A stretch of DNA of 64,000 nucleotides from a virus (Duplodnaviria; Caudoviricetes). Under the pieces are notes generated by a model, which worked only from the letters and a program-made list of their open reading frames with translations, made no database searches and was not told the DNA's origin. How positions within the stretch are numbered: the stretch's first letter is position 1; every line of letters begins with the position of its first letter. Below, piece after piece: positions 39,597-49,170 of the stretch. The position numbers were made by a program, and so were the translations under genes. Where the stretch lies: IMG/VR virus record IMGVR_UViG_3300014205_000014, positions 16,168 through 80,167 of that record. One strand, 5' to 3'.

Positions 39597-39793
39597 CAGC
39601 GCCATATAGACCGTCCCTCGACTGTCCATGCATGGCGGCTATCAACGAGCACCGGGTCTTTTAACCCTCGTTCGGGGTCAATCCTATCCGCCAAGCGGTG
39701 CAACTGCTTAGCCAACCATAGACGCGCGTTGTAACGAAACGTCTGGAACCGGAAAACAAATGACCAATATTTAAGAAAAATCCACTTTCGCAT
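39596..39793 (-). CDS. Small hypothetical protein
   Basis: AAGGAGG RBS; TGn-TATAAT upstream. Confidence 0.5.
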   Translation of the reverse strand: MRKWIFLKYWSFVFRFQTFRYNARLWLAKQLHRLADRIDPERGLKDPVLVDSRHAWTVEGRSIWR

Positions 39794-39825
39794 CGGGGTA
39801 TCCCTCCTTTTATCCCCATTATATC

Positions 39826-39841
39826 ACAGAACCGAATATGC
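39826..39841. promoter_or_regulatory. 16-bp operator
   Basis: ACAGA ACCGAA TATGC next to minus-strand TGn-TATAAT. Confidence 0.75.
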
Positions 39842-39846
39842 GATAT

Positions 39847-41637
39847 TTAGCGACGAGTACCAATCGAACGTTGAGTTGAGCGCCATGCGTGACGTTCGGG
39901 GGTAATGGTAATCTGATGTTCATCTGAACGCTGATTGAGGTAGAAGTATTGGTTTAACCACGTACAGGTGAGCATAATCATGACCACAATATCCTGCGGG
40001 ATGTCGTCATCAGGAAGATCGTACTTCGCTAACTGAGAAGTTAGCATTTGAATTGTGGGGTAAGCTAGATAACCACGATTCATGAGTTGTTTAGCCGAAT
40101 TAAGATGACCGTACTTATTCGACTGGTTCATATTCATGCCAGTAGATTGAACTCGTGCGAAAGTTTCTACCCATTGGAGATAATTCGATTGCCATCCCGT
40201 ATTATCGTACCCGCAACGCCCAATCGCTTTATACCTCTCCACATAATCAAAAAAAGCAGCCATCCAAGGAAGTGGTGAATTATTACTAAACACCCACTGG
40301 AATGCGACGAGTTGTGCTGGAACAGGCACTTCAGGTGTACCGGGAAACCCTGTAATATCCCATACCCCAATAACCGCTGCGTTGCGGTGAGGCGGGTTGT
40401 CCTGCCCCGGATCAGCCATAACAATGTAGGTATGATCGTTCTCAGGCGGGATTTCCCATTGATAAATCCCCACACGCGGAGCATCTTTCCTGATAAACCC
40501 CGGCGTATTTGCTTCAAGCCCCTTCTTCATACGCTCATCAAGCGATGCAGACAGACATTTCTTAATGCTATCCCCTGAAAACTGCTTTCCATCCCCTACG
40601 GGACGGAACCCGAACAAATTGGAGTTGCGTTCGTTCTCAGTTGCGCCTACATCACGTTCAAACTTGCGAATTTGTGCCTCAGTGAGCGCCCAATTGTCGT
40701 AACTCGCCATCTGCTTGAATACCGTGTTATCGCTATCCTGCTCTGCCCCATCTGCTAAATCCCACAATTGCGGGTTGTCGTTCGGATTGGCGATGTAGTA
40801 AATCAGACCCAAGCGGTCACGCCCTTGATAGTTGCCACGCAGACGGGAGGAAATGTTACCTCGAACCTTCGGAATGTCCGGCAATTGTTCAGCTTGGTCG
40901 ATATGCGCCATATCACCCTCAAGGTTCTTAATCTTGTCAGGGTCATCGCGTACCGAGTAAAACTTAACTGATGTTTCCCCTGTAAAATCATTCCGACAAC
41001 CCAACTCTTGAGGTTGTTTACGGATGTTGCGGTAAAGAAAGTTCTGCTCGTACAGTGTTCCTTCCATTTTTTGCAACATACCATCATAAACAGCGGTGGA
41101 CTGCATAGACACAGGAGCAATGCAGAACCCCCTAAAGCCGGGGAGTATCGCCATGTTGATGAGCATTTCAATCATACTAATTGATGTTTTCGAACTTCCA
41201 TAACCGCCAATAAGCACTTTGCTGGTTTGTTTTAGTTTCATGATGTCGATTTGCCAGTCCTGCAACCAGAACCCGTGATTTACTTGGAAGTTAGGTAGTT
41301 TTTGGTTCGGGATAAACTTAGCATAAACCGGAGAGGAAACAGTAGGCATTGCCAGTCCACGCATGAAGATTTGCCCCGTAACCGCCTTAAAAGGGGTGAG
41401 AGGCACTTCATCGTAGTTATAAGCGAAATCGAACTTAACAGGCTTATCGAGTTTAAGCCAGCGCTTCATCAGCGCTTTGTAAAGCGCCTTGTAGCGTTCA
41501 TCTGTCGTGGTCGGAGTAGCAAAAGTACCTGAGTTCGGCCCTCTAAAATACCAATTGGTAAACAAGTTGGGGTTTTCAGGCGTTCTTTCGAATATATCAC
41601 GATCCGCCTTAGTGAGTTTATAGAGTTCTCTACGCAT
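39847..41637 (-). CDS. terL: Terminase large subunit
   Basis: Walker A GGYGSSKT, atypical Walker B AHIDQAE, IANP coupling motif, MADPG nuclease Asp, QDIV. Confidence 0.85.
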   Translation of the reverse strand: MRRELYKLTKADRDIFERTPENPNLFTNWYFRGPNSGTFATPTTTDERYKALYKALMKRWLKLDKPVKFDFAYNYDEVPLTPFKAVTGQIFMRGLAMPTVSSPVYAKFIPNQKLPNFQVNHGFWLQDWQIDIMKLKQTSKVLIGGYGSSKTSISMIEMLINMAILPGFRGFCIAPVSMQSTAVYDGMLQKMEGTLYEQNFLYRNIRKQPQELGCRNDFTGETSVKFYSVRDDPDKIKNLEGDMAHIDQAEQLPDIPKVRGNISSRLRGNYQGRDRLGLIYYIANPNDNPQLWDLADGAEQDSDNTVFKQMASYDNWALTEAQIRKFERDVGATENERNSNLFGFRPVGDGKQFSGDSIKKCLSASLDERMKKGLEANTPGFIRKDAPRVGIYQWEIPPENDHTYIVMADPGQDNPPHRNAAVIGVWDITGFPGTPEVPVPAQLVAFQWVFSNNSPLPWMAAFFDYVERYKAIGRCGYDNTGWQSNYLQWVETFARVQSTGMNMNQSNKYGHLNSAKQLMNRGYLAYPTIQMLTSQLAKYDLPDDDIPQDIVVMIMLTCTWLNQYFYLNQRSDEHQITITPERHAWRSTQRSIGTRR

Positions 41638-41639
41638 TG

Positions 41640-41837
41640 TTACCTAGTTGGAATAGATGATCCGCCGTATGTGTCGTCAAAACCCGATGCAGAACCGGCT
41701 CTGACAAAAACCATTATAGCATTATCTCTTATCGCAAGATAGTCCCTGCCGCCCCAACTAAACCGTGCGGGTTTACCCTGCCCTTCCCAAGCCATGTTCA
41801 ACCGATCATAATCCGCATGTCCGGGTTCAATTCTCAT
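41640..41837 (-). CDS. Small protein resembling C-terminus of upstream fibre
   Basis: ATGA overlap; Y..L..AW...GKPA motif. Confidence 0.55.
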   Translation of the reverse strand: MRIEPGHADYDRLNMAWEGQGKPARFSWGGRDYLAIRDNAIMVFVRAGSASGFDDTYGGSSIPTR

Positions 41838-44224
41838 AGTGGTCTTCTCCATAAACGCCCATACGGGCCATATAATCCATCCCAACGGTGACTGACATCG
41901 GCATGTTCAGGGTTTGCCCCACGCGCCACGCGCACGAACTGAACGCCATTGTTGCCAAATTCTTCATAGACCACCTGCTGATACATCAGATACGCAGGTC
42001 TACCCTCTTTAATCCATGCTGCGTACAAATCCCAATACGGCAGGATGTCAACGATTGGTGCATTCACGCTTCCAATAAGCGACAATACCCCCGCTGAGAT
42101 AGTGCGGTTAAGCCCCACGAACGGTTCAGGGATGCTCAGTGTGAGCACAATAACATCTGCGTTGACGGTCAATTCTGTGCCGGGGATAACCACACTCAAC
42201 ACCGTTGCAACCAATGAAATTGTCCCCGCGCTGTGGGTTACAGAGGTGTTCCCATCCACCGTTGGCGCAAGAATGCTGCCTACTAAACTAATCGGTGTTG
42301 GCGTAACAACCCCTGCCCCGAATGTCGTTGGTGCAAGCACACTGCCCACGAGGGAGAGTGCAGAGGGGCTTACAAGACCGCTTCCTTGTATAGAGGGTTC
42401 AGGCAGTGAACCAAGCAGTGAAATCACCGACGCGGCAAAAAGACTATTGCCGCTAATGGTTGGAGACAACGCGCTTAGGATACCACCAAGAGCATCCGGT
42501 GTAACCGTAATGTTTCCCGCTGTGAATATAGTAGGTGCAAGGACACTTCCAACAAGTGATACCACAGCAGCAGTGAATAGGACGTTGCCACTGAGGGTTG
42601 GGTTTGGAATACTTGCGATCAATCCTACAACGGAAGGTGTTACCGTCACTGACCCACCGGCACTGACATCAGGATCAAGTAAATTAACCAGCAGTTGTAC
42701 CACTGAGGCGGCAAAAGCCGCATTTCCGCTGATCGACGGTGCAAGGATGCTTCCCACAAGGCTTAAAACAGATGGGGCAATCGTTGGGGAAAGGTTGACC
42801 GCAGAAGTTGGAATACTCAACATCAAACTGATTACAGAAGGTGTGATAACCGCCGTTCCGGTCAAAGTGGGGGTTGGAATACTACCCACAAGACTGATAA
42901 CTGATGCTGTAAATACTGCCGTTCCAACCACTGTAGAAGATGGAATTGACCCTACCAAATCAATGGTCGAAGGGCTAACCACCGTATTGGCTCCCGCTGT
43001 TGCGGTGGGAATGCTAACCACCAATGACACAACACTTGGCGTAATGACCGCTGTACCCACTATTACAGGTGCGGGAATGCTACCCACTAATGATATTGCA
43101 CCTGTGTCGAAGTTCATATCCACTCTGTAAGTTGGAGTCTGGACAGAAGCAGCAAGAGAAACGACTGCGGGGGTGATCAGCGCTGTACCAATAAGTGTTG
43201 GTGCAGGCAGTGCCCCGACCAAGGACAAAGCGGCTACTGCAAAGTTCATGTCCTGTACGAAAGTGGGGGCTAACATATTTCCCACTAAACTCAGCACCGA
43301 TGCCGCAAACAATGCATTGCCGCTAATCGTAAGTGTGGGAATAGAAACCACTAAACTGACAACGGCAGGTGCATACAGCGCACTTCCTGATAGGGTTGGA
43401 GCAGGTAGTGAACCAACAAGACTGAGTGCCGCAATCGCAAGATTTTGGTCAGATCGAACAGTTGAGGTGGGGATACTCCCGACAAGAGATACCACCGCTG
43501 GTGCAATAACCGCCGTGCCAACCTGTGTTGCAGTGGGTAGACTAGTCGCCAAACTTACTACCGCAGGGGCTACAACTGCCGTTCCCACTTGCCCCGATGC
43601 GGGGATACTCGTAACCAATGAGATTACGGAGGGGGTTACAGTGACATTAACGCTCCCTGACGTTACAGTGCCACCGATGAAGTCATCAATGGTCGCACCT
43701 TGAACACCAAGAGAGATATACCCTGCCCCGGTGTAAGTGCCATCGGTGCGGGTTGCAACATTTGACCATGTGCTTGATGTGTATTTGTAGGCTTTGAGTG
43801 ACGTACCAATCATCTCTAAGCCGATTTGGTCAGTGCCGGGGGTAATGCCACACGCAAAATGCGCGCCTAACTCGGTATCTACGTCATTGTCTTTGCGGTA
43901 CAGAAAACAATCAGAACTACCGCCCCCCTCCCACCAAAAGAAGTACCCGTCTACCCCTGATGTATTCGGGGATTGGATGCGGACACCAGGCCATACGTTT
44001 GTACCACCACCACCCGAATAAACGGTAAATCGCACTTCACTATCGGGACCAAATGTAGCAGGTGTCCAATAGGCAGTGGCATACGTGCCCCCGCCGATAG
44101 TTGCCCGGTTTGAGCTAATAGTGGGATCAGCGTCACCTGTACTAACCTTTGCCCAATTCGCACCCAATCCACCGTTGGCGCGGTTAAAGTTGTCAAGGAC
44201 AGTGGTAACGGTTGGAAAGGCCAT
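41834..44224 (-). CDS. Fibre-like protein: beta-sandwich head plus ~24 x 22-aa repeats
   Basis: DNFNRANG N-term; repeat xPxVxSLVGSIPxPTxxGxAxx. Confidence 0.65.
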   Translation of the reverse strand: MAFPTVTTVLDNFNRANGGLGANWAKVSTGDADPTISSNRATIGGGTYATAYWTPATFGPDSEVRFTVYSGGGGTNVWPGVRIQSPNTSGVDGYFFWWEGGGSSDCFLYRKDNDVDTELGAHFACGITPGTDQIGLEMIGTSLKAYKYTSSTWSNVATRTDGTYTGAGYISLGVQGATIDDFIGGTVTSGSVNVTVTPSVISLVTSIPASGQVGTAVVAPAVVSLATSLPTATQVGTAVIAPAVVSLVGSIPTSTVRSDQNLAIAALSLVGSLPAPTLSGSALYAPAVVSLVVSIPTLTISGNALFAASVLSLVGNMLAPTFVQDMNFAVAALSLVGALPAPTLIGTALITPAVVSLAASVQTPTYRVDMNFDTGAISLVGSIPAPVIVGTAVITPSVVSLVVSIPTATAGANTVVSPSTIDLVGSIPSSTVVGTAVFTASVISLVGSIPTPTLTGTAVITPSVISLMLSIPTSAVNLSPTIAPSVLSLVGSILAPSISGNAAFAASVVQLLVNLLDPDVSAGGSVTVTPSVVGLIASIPNPTLSGNVLFTAAVVSLVGSVLAPTIFTAGNITVTPDALGGILSALSPTISGNSLFAASVISLLGSLPEPSIQGSGLVSPSALSLVGSVLAPTTFGAGVVTPTPISLVGSILAPTVDGNTSVTHSAGTISLVATVLSVVIPGTELTVNADVIVLTLSIPEPFVGLNRTISAGVLSLIGSVNAPIVDILPYWDLYAAWIKEGRPAYLMYQQVVYEEFGNNGVQFVRVARGANPEHADVSHRWDGLYGPYGRLWRRPL

Positions 44225-44952
44225 TATCGCGCTGCCTTGCTCAACAGCGCATCAATCGGATGGACGTTGTTCTCTAGCAGCTTGACAGGAATCGCATCAC
44301 CGTCATACACAATTGCATCTGTGATTTTGTCGTAGTTTGTTTCAATGCGCCGCTGTGCTGCAAATTTGAGCACATCCACCAACGTGGCCTGTTTTACGTC
44401 CGGCAACTGCTGCTGTAATTCCTCTTGCGAGTAACCGAGTTCTTTTAACTTGATGAGAATCGCATCGCCTTCTTTAGTGGTGACATTCAGCGGTACGTCA
44501 GCAGCTTTAGTCGGTAGTTTAAAAAACTCAGGGTCGGTGTCAATAAGTGCGATAGTCTCTGCCGGTGCATCCACACGCACCACCGCCACGCCGCCTAAGA
44601 GTTCTACTTCGTTCCATGTGGAATCTTCAGTATAGACGCGAATGTAATCTCGCATAGCACAGTAACGCCGCGCCCTGATGTACTCATAGACTATCAACGC
44701 CGCATCAGATTTAATGTCGTCAAGCAACTGATTACGCCCATCTACAAAGTTTAGCCGACCACCGTTTTTTGCCGCCGCCTCTTTGTAGGATTCAAACTCT
44801 TTGTCGGTAAGCACTACCGCAGACTGCACTTTATAGCACTCAGATTCGAGCGTGGCTATAAGCGCCTCTTGCTCCTTTACAGGTGTAAACAGACCAATAG
44901 CCTGCACCTGATTAGGGCCTCTGCGGTAAGGAACGATGTACCATGCAAGCAT
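44224..44952 (-). CDS. Hypothetical protein
   Basis: TAATG coupling to fibre gene. Confidence 0.55.
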   Translation of the reverse strand: MLAWYIVPYRRGPNQVQAIGLFTPVKEQEALIATLESECYKVQSAVVLTDKEFESYKEAAAKNGGRLNFVDGRNQLLDDIKSDAALIVYEYIRARRYCAMRDYIRVYTEDSTWNEVELLGGVAVVRVDAPAETIALIDTDPEFFKLPTKAADVPLNVTTKEGDAILIKLKELGYSQEELQQQLPDVKQATLVDVLKFAAQRRIETNYDKITDAIVYDGDAIPVKLLENNVHPIDALLSKAAR

Positions 44953-44961
44953 AACTAGACC

Positions 44962-45090
44962 TCATGCACAAAATGCCGAGCCAACGCAGCGCATATTCCA
45001 AATCAACGCATCGGGATAGGCCGCCGCCAACAAGACAATAGCCACAATTAACAGCACTGCGATTCCAATGACGACCAGTTTAATTTTCAT
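44962..45090 (-). CDS. 42-aa membrane peptide (below ORF track cutoff)
   Basis: MKIKLVVIGIAVLLIVAIVLLAAAY...; GAGG RBS. Confidence 0.45.
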   Translation of the reverse strand: MKIKLVVIGIAVLLIVAIVLLAAAYPDALIWNMRCVGSAFCA

Positions 45091-45154
45091 ATTACCTGCC
45101 TCGCAATTTACGGTATACATTCGGTGTCCGTCCTAACTATATACCCTATTACGA

Positions 45155-45583
45155 TTAGTTCAGGTTAATGATACCTTCGCTGTTCCACTGGATCGTGAAT
45201 GTGCCATTGCTGCACGACTTATCCGCCGCAAAGTCGATGTAGCAAAGAAGTTCGTCTGCCGTTGCCGCACCACCGCGCTTTTTGTAGATGACTGCCCCAC
45301 GCGCCGTGAAAGTGGCACTCGTCCAACTCGCATCTGCCGCATCCAACCGTGCTTCATCGGCTGTCGTATCAATCGCGTCCGTTAGCGAAGCCAAGGCCAC
45401 CCCACCTGTGGTGTACCCGTTGCCGTTCGCTACCTCATTTGTGACATCGTTTTGGAAGTCGTCGGTGTCAATGTTGGGAGTGTATGAGGAAGTCACCAAC
45501 ATGCAGTACATGGCATCGGTGTCCCAATCAATCGACCCGTTGCTCAGGTACTTCTTGCCGTTGTTGTAAATTACTGATGCCAT
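45155..45583 (-). CDS. Putative virion structural protein
   Basis: MAS.IYN...G.IDWDTD...LV..SYTP pattern typical of phage fibre-associated genes. Confidence 0.6.
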   Translation of the reverse strand: MASVIYNNGKKYLSNGSIDWDTDAMYCMLVTSSYTPNIDTDDFQNDVTNEVANGNGYTTGGVALASLTDAIDTTADEARLDAADASWTSATFTARGAVIYKKRGGAATADELLCYIDFAADKSCSNGTFTIQWNSEGIINLN

Positions 45584-45843
45584 TATTTCTGTACCTCCGT
45601 ATTAATGCTCAGGCGGGGTGCATTGACAATCGCATTGATCTTCTGCACCTGTTCTTCGGTCAACTCAGCACCGAATTTCGCGCTAACGTCCTGCACCTGT
45701 TGTTTCAGGCTGTACCGCGCCTTCAGATCACGGCGGTATTCCCGCAGTGCATCCACTTCACGGCCTGCCGCCAAACTTTCAGCCAACAGTTCGTCATAGG
45801 TCATCTCGTCCAGTTCTGCCGGACTCTTCATTTCGAAATCCAT
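45583..45843 (-). CDS. Helical hypothetical protein
   Basis: AAGGAG RBS, promoter and operator upstream. Confidence 0.55.
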   Translation of the reverse strand: MDFEMKSPAELDEMTYDELLAESLAAGREVDALREYRRDLKARYSLKQQVQDVSAKFGAELTEEQVQKINAIVNAPRLSINTEVQK

Positions 45844-45860
45844 CTCGTTCTCCTTTAAAC

Positions 45861-45909
45861 ACATAGTCGGTTCTGCAAAAGCCTAAAGTAAAATTGTCCC
45901 AAAAGTCAA
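45861..45909 (-). promoter_or_regulatory. Fibre/terminase operon promoter plus 16-bp operator
   Basis: TTGACT-N18-TAGGCT; ACATA GTCGGT TCTGC 45861-45876. Confidence 0.7.
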
Positions 45910-45919
45910 ATGCTAATGG

Positions 45920-46285
45920 TTATCTCATATCGTCCCATTGAATATCCGCTACGAAAACCTGTCCATTGGTCGCCTGACTAACAGTGACCCTAATTTTGTC
46001 GTTCACGTTGTAAAAATCAACGGGTCCTGAAAGTGCCGAGCCATCCGCACCTGCTACCAATGCTTTACGAGGATAAACCCAACCGTCCGTCCGATAATCC
46101 GCTTTGCTGTAAATAGTTTGCGGATAAGGGTTATTAGCTTCCTTAACAAGCAAGTCAACCGTTGCGGGAGCATCAGGATCGTAATCCGTATAAATGCCGT
46201 CCACAACACCACTGATTACATCACGAGTTACAGCCGTACCACTTGTTCCTGAAATTGTCACCGTCGCATAAGAATGCTGAATCAC
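45920..46285 (-). CDS. Beta-rich hypothetical (virion-associated?) protein
   Basis: AAGGAG RBS then GTG. Confidence 0.5.
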   Translation of the reverse strand: MIQHSYATVTISGTSGTAVTRDVISGVVDGIYTDYDPDAPATVDLLVKEANNPYPQTIYSKADYRTDGWVYPRKALVAGADGSALSGPVDFYNVNDKIRVTVSQATNGQVFVADIQWDDMR

Positions 46286-46298
46286 GTTTTTATACTCC

Positions 46299-48191
46299 TT
46301 ATGGATACCGATACGCGCCAATATCTGGGGGAGTGTTCATCTCTGCCCCAGCGTAATCCGTTGTTAACCCCACATCAACCCCTGCCCCGATGCAAGGCGA
46401 CCCTCCCAGCAATTGGAAGTCGTCTGCGATATTGGTTCCAAGAGTGGGTGAGATGGAAGCGCGGTACTCATCCATAAAATAAACACCGCCTGCTGCTGCA
46501 AAAGTCTCTGAGTACAACTGCCCAAATTGCAGCGAGAGCATATTGGGGAATATGTCGTAGTTATCAATAGTCGTCATTGAAACAACGGGGGTTGTCATAT
46601 TGTCAAAATACCATGTTGCTGTGCCATCCGCCGCAATTGCAGTAGATGCACGAACCAGATGCAACCGTATTCGATGAGGGGCATCCGTTAGGGTGCGGGT
46701 ATTTGTTACCGCTGTCCCTCCGTCCTGCATAGCAGACAAATAGGCACGATACGGGCTATCCCATGCGTCGATGGTAATTCCCCACACCTGCCAAGGAGCG
46801 CCCCCTAACACACCCGCCGTGAGCAAAAAGAAATCGCCCGGTGACATGACCATTGAGTTAGGGTCGAACCAGAATTCAATCCACAATTCACGCACATCAT
46901 CAGGCAAGACAGTATTTTTTGTCCCATTGAACTGTGTTGTTCCGTTGATGGTTACGCGCACCCCATAAACTGAACCATTAAGGGCGGCATTGGCATTCAA
47001 CTCAAATTTAGCCGCCGAGATACTATCTAATCCTTGATCGCCCGGATAGTTACCGTTGGCTTCCCATGCATAGCCTGCATCGAACGTCATATCGACAAAT
47101 GCCGCCGCCGCCAAACGGGGATCAGTGTTGATGATCTCGCCTGTACCAAGCGTTGCGCCCCCTGCCCCGGTGTAGATGTTATATTCGTGAGTATACAAAT
47201 CCCCATTGCCGTTGTAACTCAGGTCAGCAAAACCGTTGAAAATATTATTGCGTAGAATTAAATCCGTGCCTGCGGGTGCGGCTGTTGTGGAAAACGAGAG
47301 CACATGTGCGGCGGCGGAAGTTACCGTATTATTTAAGTATTGAACCCCGTCCACTATAATTGCATTAATAGAGCCTTCGGTATTGAAAAGCCCCAACCAA
47401 GGACATTCGCTGACAACGTTGTTGTAAACCAAAAAGTCGGAAACAATATCCCCACTGTCCGGTGGTGCGCCGAACTCGGTAAACCCTAAACACTGATAAG
47501 CGAAGTTGTTATAAACCCGAACATTACTAACCGAGCCATAGACTTCAACCGCACCCCCATCCAACCCAAAGTCAATGGTCGGTGCAAGACAGTACCTAAA
47601 ATCATTATTATAAATTCGTGTGCCATCAGACCCTTCGTAAAGCCAAACCCCAACAGCCCCGTAATCATCATTGGTTGGGCTAGGTGTGTTTAAAACAATA
47701 GTGAGATGATGAATAGTGTTGTTGTAAATACGCGCATTCGCCCCTTCAACCTGACATCCTGCCCCACAGCCTGTGATCTCGCAGTCGTGAACCATTACGT
47801 TCAACCCCGCCATCTTTACACCCCCCTTTTTAGCAGTGGTCAACTTGAGGTCGCTAATCGTAATATTATCTCCCGCTGCGTGAACACAAAACGCCTCCGC
47901 AACAGAGGAGGAACCTACGATAATTGGATCATTTCCGGTCCCATATGCACCCACTACTAGGTTACTCGCATTCAGAACCAGCGCATATTGATCGGTACTC
48001 GTCCATGTCTCGCCGCGCTTGAATAGTAAACGCCCTGAGATGGGCGACTCGTTGACCTTGGATAACGTTTTCCATGCTGTATCAGGGGAACGACCATCAG
48101 ACGCATCATTACCACCCGTCTGATCGACGTAGTAACTGTTGCTGATACCCATTTGCGACTGCCGCTGCCGCCGTACTCCCCACCGTGTCAC
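46299..48191 (-). CDS. Right-handed beta-helix protein (depolymerase/receptor-binding-like) with LamG-like insert
   Basis: YYVD...GND..DG.SP..AWKTL, I.NN repeats, FQL..GSPCIGAG, PDIGAY. Confidence 0.75.
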   Translation of the reverse strand: MTRWGVRRQRQSQMGISNSYYVDQTGGNDASDGRSPDTAWKTLSKVNESPISGRLLFKRGETWTSTDQYALVLNASNLVVGAYGTGNDPIIVGSSSVAEAFCVHAAGDNITISDLKLTTAKKGGVKMAGLNVMVHDCEITGCGAGCQVEGANARIYNNTIHHLTIVLNTPSPTNDDYGAVGVWLYEGSDGTRIYNNDFRYCLAPTIDFGLDGGAVEVYGSVSNVRVYNNFAYQCLGFTEFGAPPDSGDIVSDFLVYNNVVSECPWLGLFNTEGSINAIIVDGVQYLNNTVTSAAAHVLSFSTTAAPAGTDLILRNNIFNGFADLSYNGNGDLYTHEYNIYTGAGGATLGTGEIINTDPRLAAAAFVDMTFDAGYAWEANGNYPGDQGLDSISAAKFELNANAALNGSVYGVRVTINGTTQFNGTKNTVLPDDVRELWIEFWFDPNSMVMSPGDFFLLTAGVLGGAPWQVWGITIDAWDSPYRAYLSAMQDGGTAVTNTRTLTDAPHRIRLHLVRASTAIAADGTATWYFDNMTTPVVSMTTIDNYDIFPNMLSLQFGQLYSETFAAAGGVYFMDEYRASISPTLGTNIADDFQLLGGSPCIGAGVDVGLTTDYAGAEMNTPPDIGAYRYP

Positions 48192-48213
48192 GTTACAATG
48201 TCCTCTCTAGTAA

Positions 48214-48291
48214 GCAGAATCATTTCTGCTCCTACCGAAGCGTAAAGTAAAAATGTCGGCAAAGTCAAGGACTTGACAGAGCCGAATATGC
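48214..48291 (-). promoter_or_regulatory. Depolymerase promoter flanked by two 16-bp operators
   Basis: TTGACT-N18-TACGCT; operators 48214-48229 and 48276-48291. Confidence 0.7.
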
Positions 48292-48301
48292 TTTAGAGAT
48301 T

Positions 48302-49039
48302 TTATTTAGACTTGATTACCGTGCGTCCGTAATATGTTCCCTTTTTAATACGAGTAATAACAGCAGGATCGACACCGAATTTATCAGCAATTTCATATTG
48401 ATACAACTTGCCTTCACTTAGGAGTTGTTTTATTGCTTCGACATCGTTTGGTTGAATACGTGCCCATCTACTAAGGTGCTCGTAAATATCGACTTTTTTA
48501 AAGCCATTGTACCAAATATCCTCTCTATGTCTCTTGCCTGCTACCGCTTCAACTATATAAATGCCAACTCCACACCGCTGAGCAATTTCAACCATGTCTA
48601 AACGAGGTGTTTGTTTCAGAAGAAGGAGCACTTCCCTCTTTGTTTCCAACGATACGCACCCTTTTTTAATTAATCCAGTTCTGTAAGCGTGGCGTATATT
48701 CTCTGAGGCAGTACACCATTCTAGGTTCTCTAGACGGTTATCATACTTGACACCATTTTTATGGTTGATCTGATGCTTCGCAGTGGGAGGTTGACCAAGA
48801 AATGCTACGGATATTAATCGGTGGACAAGACATAATTTCTTATGCCCCTCTTTGTTGAGCATAACTTGCTCGTAACCATGATTGTTTAAGCAAATCTTTA
48901 ACATCTTTGGTGCGTTTATATTGCTAAACGTTCTTAAACGCTTAACACGCCCAAGATTGGATATTTCGTACCAACTTTCAAACCCAACAACAGGTTTCCA
49001 AACTTCCAATTCAGGTGTAATATTGTTCACAGTAATCAC
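48302..49039 (-). CDS. HNH homing endonuclease (NUMOD4 + HNH_3 + HTH)
   Basis: EVWKPV.GFE..YEISNLGRVK, VHRLI, INHKNG.K.DNRLENLEWCT. Confidence 0.9.
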   Translation of the reverse strand: MITVNNITPELEVWKPVVGFESWYEISNLGRVKRLRTFSNINAPKMLKICLNNHGYEQVMLNKEGHKKLCLVHRLISVAFLGQPPTAKHQINHKNGVKYDNRLENLEWCTASENIRHAYRTGLIKKGCVSLETKREVLLLLKQTPRLDMVEIAQRCGVGIYIVEAVAGKRHREDIWYNGFKKVDIYEHLSRWARIQPNDVEAIKQLLSEGKLYQYEIADKFGVDPAVITRIKKGTYYGRTVIKSK

Positions 49040-49108
49040 TCCTTTGGTTACTCGTTCCTCGACTGATTCGCGTCAGTGCGAGGATTTGATTTACTCTCTT
49101 ATTATAAC

Positions 49109-49124
49109 ACAGAGTTGGTTCTGT
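49109..49124. promoter_or_regulatory. 16-bp operator between divergent HNH and RNA-cluster promoters
   Basis: ACAGA GTTGGT TCTGT. Confidence 0.75.
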
Positions 49125-49131
49125 TACATAG

Positions 49132-49161
49132 TTGACAAGATTGAATATTGTGCTCTATGCT
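49132..49161 (+). promoter_or_regulatory. Promoter of RNA cluster
   Basis: TTGACA-N18-TATGCT. Confidence 0.55.
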
Positions 49162-49170
49162 ATAAGCAAG

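Noticed and set aside
42045-43703. Long plus-strand ORFs (361 aa, 176 aa)
   Set aside because: Antisense shadows of the repetitive fibre gene, no RBS or motifs
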